Origin: an uncultured Verrucomicrobiae bacterium
Lineage (GTDB): Bacteria; Verrucomicrobiota; Verrucomicrobiia; Limisphaerales; Palsa-1400
Length of the DNA stretch: 64,000 nt
Assembly (NCBI GenBank): GCA_963759415.1
Contig: CAVWZG010000004.1
Location: 327,842 to 391,841, forward strand
Direction of reading: 5' to 3'
Positions 62,846 to 64,000 of this stretch are shown here, in pieces. A program made the translations under genes and the position numbers. Each line of letters opens with the position of its first letter. Position 1 is the stretch's first letter. The notes under the pieces are model-generated. The model saw only the letters and a list, made by a program, of their open reading frames with translations. It was not told the origin of the DNA and searched no databases.

Positions 62846-63520
62846 CTACTCCGGGTTGTTTTGCAGCCAGGTATTGACCGAGGCGCCCCACTGGTCCCAA
62901 TTGGTGCCGTTGTCCTCCTGGATCATCAACTCGAGCAACTCGCGGGCCTGGTCTTTGAGCGGATGATCATCGTCGCGAGCGACGGCGAGCAGCATGGGCA
63001 GCTTGAGGGTGTTGTTGCGGTTGAGCAAATCGTTCAGCAGCACCCTCGAGACTTCGGCGGGCGTGGCGGCGTTGGTCAGCAATTGGGCCGCGCCGTCATA
63101 ATGGTCGTCCTGCACCATGTTGACCAGGTGCTGCGACAACTCCACTTGGGCGCTGGCCGGGGCGGTCGGAATCAAGGCCAGAATAAGGTCGGCTTTGGTG
63201 TTGGCGTTGGTATCGGCGAGGAGAACGTCATCCAGTCGTTGTTCCCAGTCCGTCGAGACCTCGGGCGGGGGCTGTTCCGGGGCCGGTTTTTTCCGATTGA
63301 GGCGCGCGTTTTTGGCCGGCGCGTGCCGCGACACGTCTGCCGGGGACATGGCCACGGGGGCAATGGCAACGATCGGGTCATTGGAGCCGGGCGGCAAAAC
63401 AATGGGCCGGACATCGCCATCGCGGCTTTTCATCCAGCCAATGAAGATGCCCACACCCCCGGCCAGAAGCAGCACGGCCAAAATCCGCACAAACTTGGTC
63501 AAATTGCTCATTTTTATCAA
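62846..63520 (-). CDS. Hypothetical membrane-anchored protein
   Basis: 224-aa ORF with an N-terminal TM (FVRILAVLLLAGGVGIFIGW), a Pro-rich linker and a helical C-terminal domain. No family recognised. Confidence 0.4.
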   Translation of the reverse strand: MIKMSNLTKFVRILAVLLLAGGVGIFIGWMKSRDGDVRPIVLPPGSNDPIVAIAPVAMSPADVSRHAPAKNARLNRKKPAPEQPPPEVSTDWEQRLDDVLLADTNANTKADLILALIPTAPASAQVELSQHLVNMVQDDHYDGAAQLLTNAATPAEVSRVLLNDLLNRNNTLKLPMLLAVARDDDHPLKDQARELLELMIQEDNGTNWDQWGASVNTWLQNNPE

Positions 63521-63674
63521 TCTGCTGAATTAACACCGCCAGGTCAACATTGTTGCGAAACGGGTGCGACCCGCCTTCGCAAGGCCTACGGCGGGCAGGC
63601 TGGGTTTGATCGGTGCGACCGGGTGCGACTGGGAGGGTCTCCCGCAGAGGCGCAGAGGGCGCAGAGAGTTCCTA

Positions 63675-64000
63675 GTAGAGTAGGCAGGAGAGGTCGGGTT
63701 GAAAGGCGCAATGGCCAATGACCGACTCCCTCCCGCCCCTCATCGAACCGAACGGACGGGTTTCCCATATTCGGCTCTCCGAACTCCTTCATCGGGCCGC
63801 CTTCCACTGGGCCGTGGTCGGCAGTGCATAGAGTCCATAGCGTTGATGCAACTGCTCCGGCTCGTAGTGCGTCCAGAGACTGCGCCGACAAGCCTGCTTG
63901 CGCCACAGCCAGCGTCGAAACCGGTTCTGGCTGTAGCGCGTCATCCGGTTCATCACCGAGACGCTGTTGCCGTAGTGGAAATAGCCCGCCCACCCGCGCA
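63675..64000 (-). mobile_element. Group II intron, 3' portion (DIV ORF end, DV, DVI); continues beyond the window end
   Basis: DV at 63777->63745 and DVI ending at 63675, identical to the copy at 36672-36779. They are directly preceded by the stop codon of an RT/maturase ORF. Confidence 0.75.
63789..64000 (-). CDS. Group II intron-encoded reverse transcriptase/maturase, C-terminal 69 codons (partial)
   Basis: Not in the ORF track because it is partial. My own translation of the minus frame from 63998 gives RGWAGYFHYGNSVSVMNRMTRYSQNRFRRWLWRKQACRRSLWTHYEPEQLHQRYGLYALPTTAQWKAAR*, with the stop at 63791-63789. The (L)RGW.NYF.(Y/L)GNS...RLRRWL.RKH pattern is typical of intron maturase C-termini. 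Confidence 0.7.
   Translation of the reverse strand, partial: RGWAGYFHYGNSVSVMNRMTRYSQNRFRRWLWRKQACRRSLWTHYEPEQLHQRYGLYALPTTAQWKAAR

Overview
This is a 64-kb stretch of a GC-rich bacterial chromosome. My own 60-nt spot counts give about 62-67% GC in core genes. The protein repertoire and repeat types weakly suggest a PVC/Verrucomicrobia-like organism.

Backbone genes: M20 peptidase plus a flippase-like gene, two secreted beta-helix paralogues, purC, a XerC/D-type recombinase, prfA-HAD, rpmE, pstS-pstC-pstA-phoU (no pstB), an M32 carboxypeptidase, a TetR-HlyD-ABC-ABC2-OMF efflux operon, a GT-C glycosyltransferase, a large BNR/Asp-box protein, rarA-MTHFS-rny, a GT10-like gene, a parE-like topoisomerase subunit, a GNAT-rhomboid-purB-rimO operon, two YncE-like propeller paralogues, tRNA-Arg(CCU) and tRNA-Glu(UUC).

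Five AT-richer accessory patches (43-50% GC in spot counts) are interleaved:
- (1) 7.7-11.1 kb: a decayed type I R-M locus that still carries an intact, translationally coupled Mrr-like nuclease + DUF3800 pair.
- (2) A MazEF-like toxin-antitoxin pair.
- (3) 24.2-29.6 kb: an island abutting the 3' end of tRNA-Arg. It encodes a SIR2-like protein followed 20 nt later by a 1139-aa NERD-nuclease/UvrD-helicase fusion. This is my best candidate for an undescribed defence system.
- (4) 48.9-55.2 kb: a PD-(D/E)XK protein, a DUF433/DUF5615 TA pair, an orphan antitoxin, and two copies of an IS4-family element. Each IS copy sits in a GC-rich REP-like palindrome with its own 10-bp target duplication.
- (5) Two group II introns sharing an identical 108-nt domain V/VI. 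One is ORF-less; the other carries a reverse-transcriptase/maturase and is cut by the window end.

At least 10 reading-frame breaks occur, including 4 in parE and 3 in purB. Single-base indel errors in the sequence are more likely than real decay of these genes. No CRISPR array or rRNA was seen.
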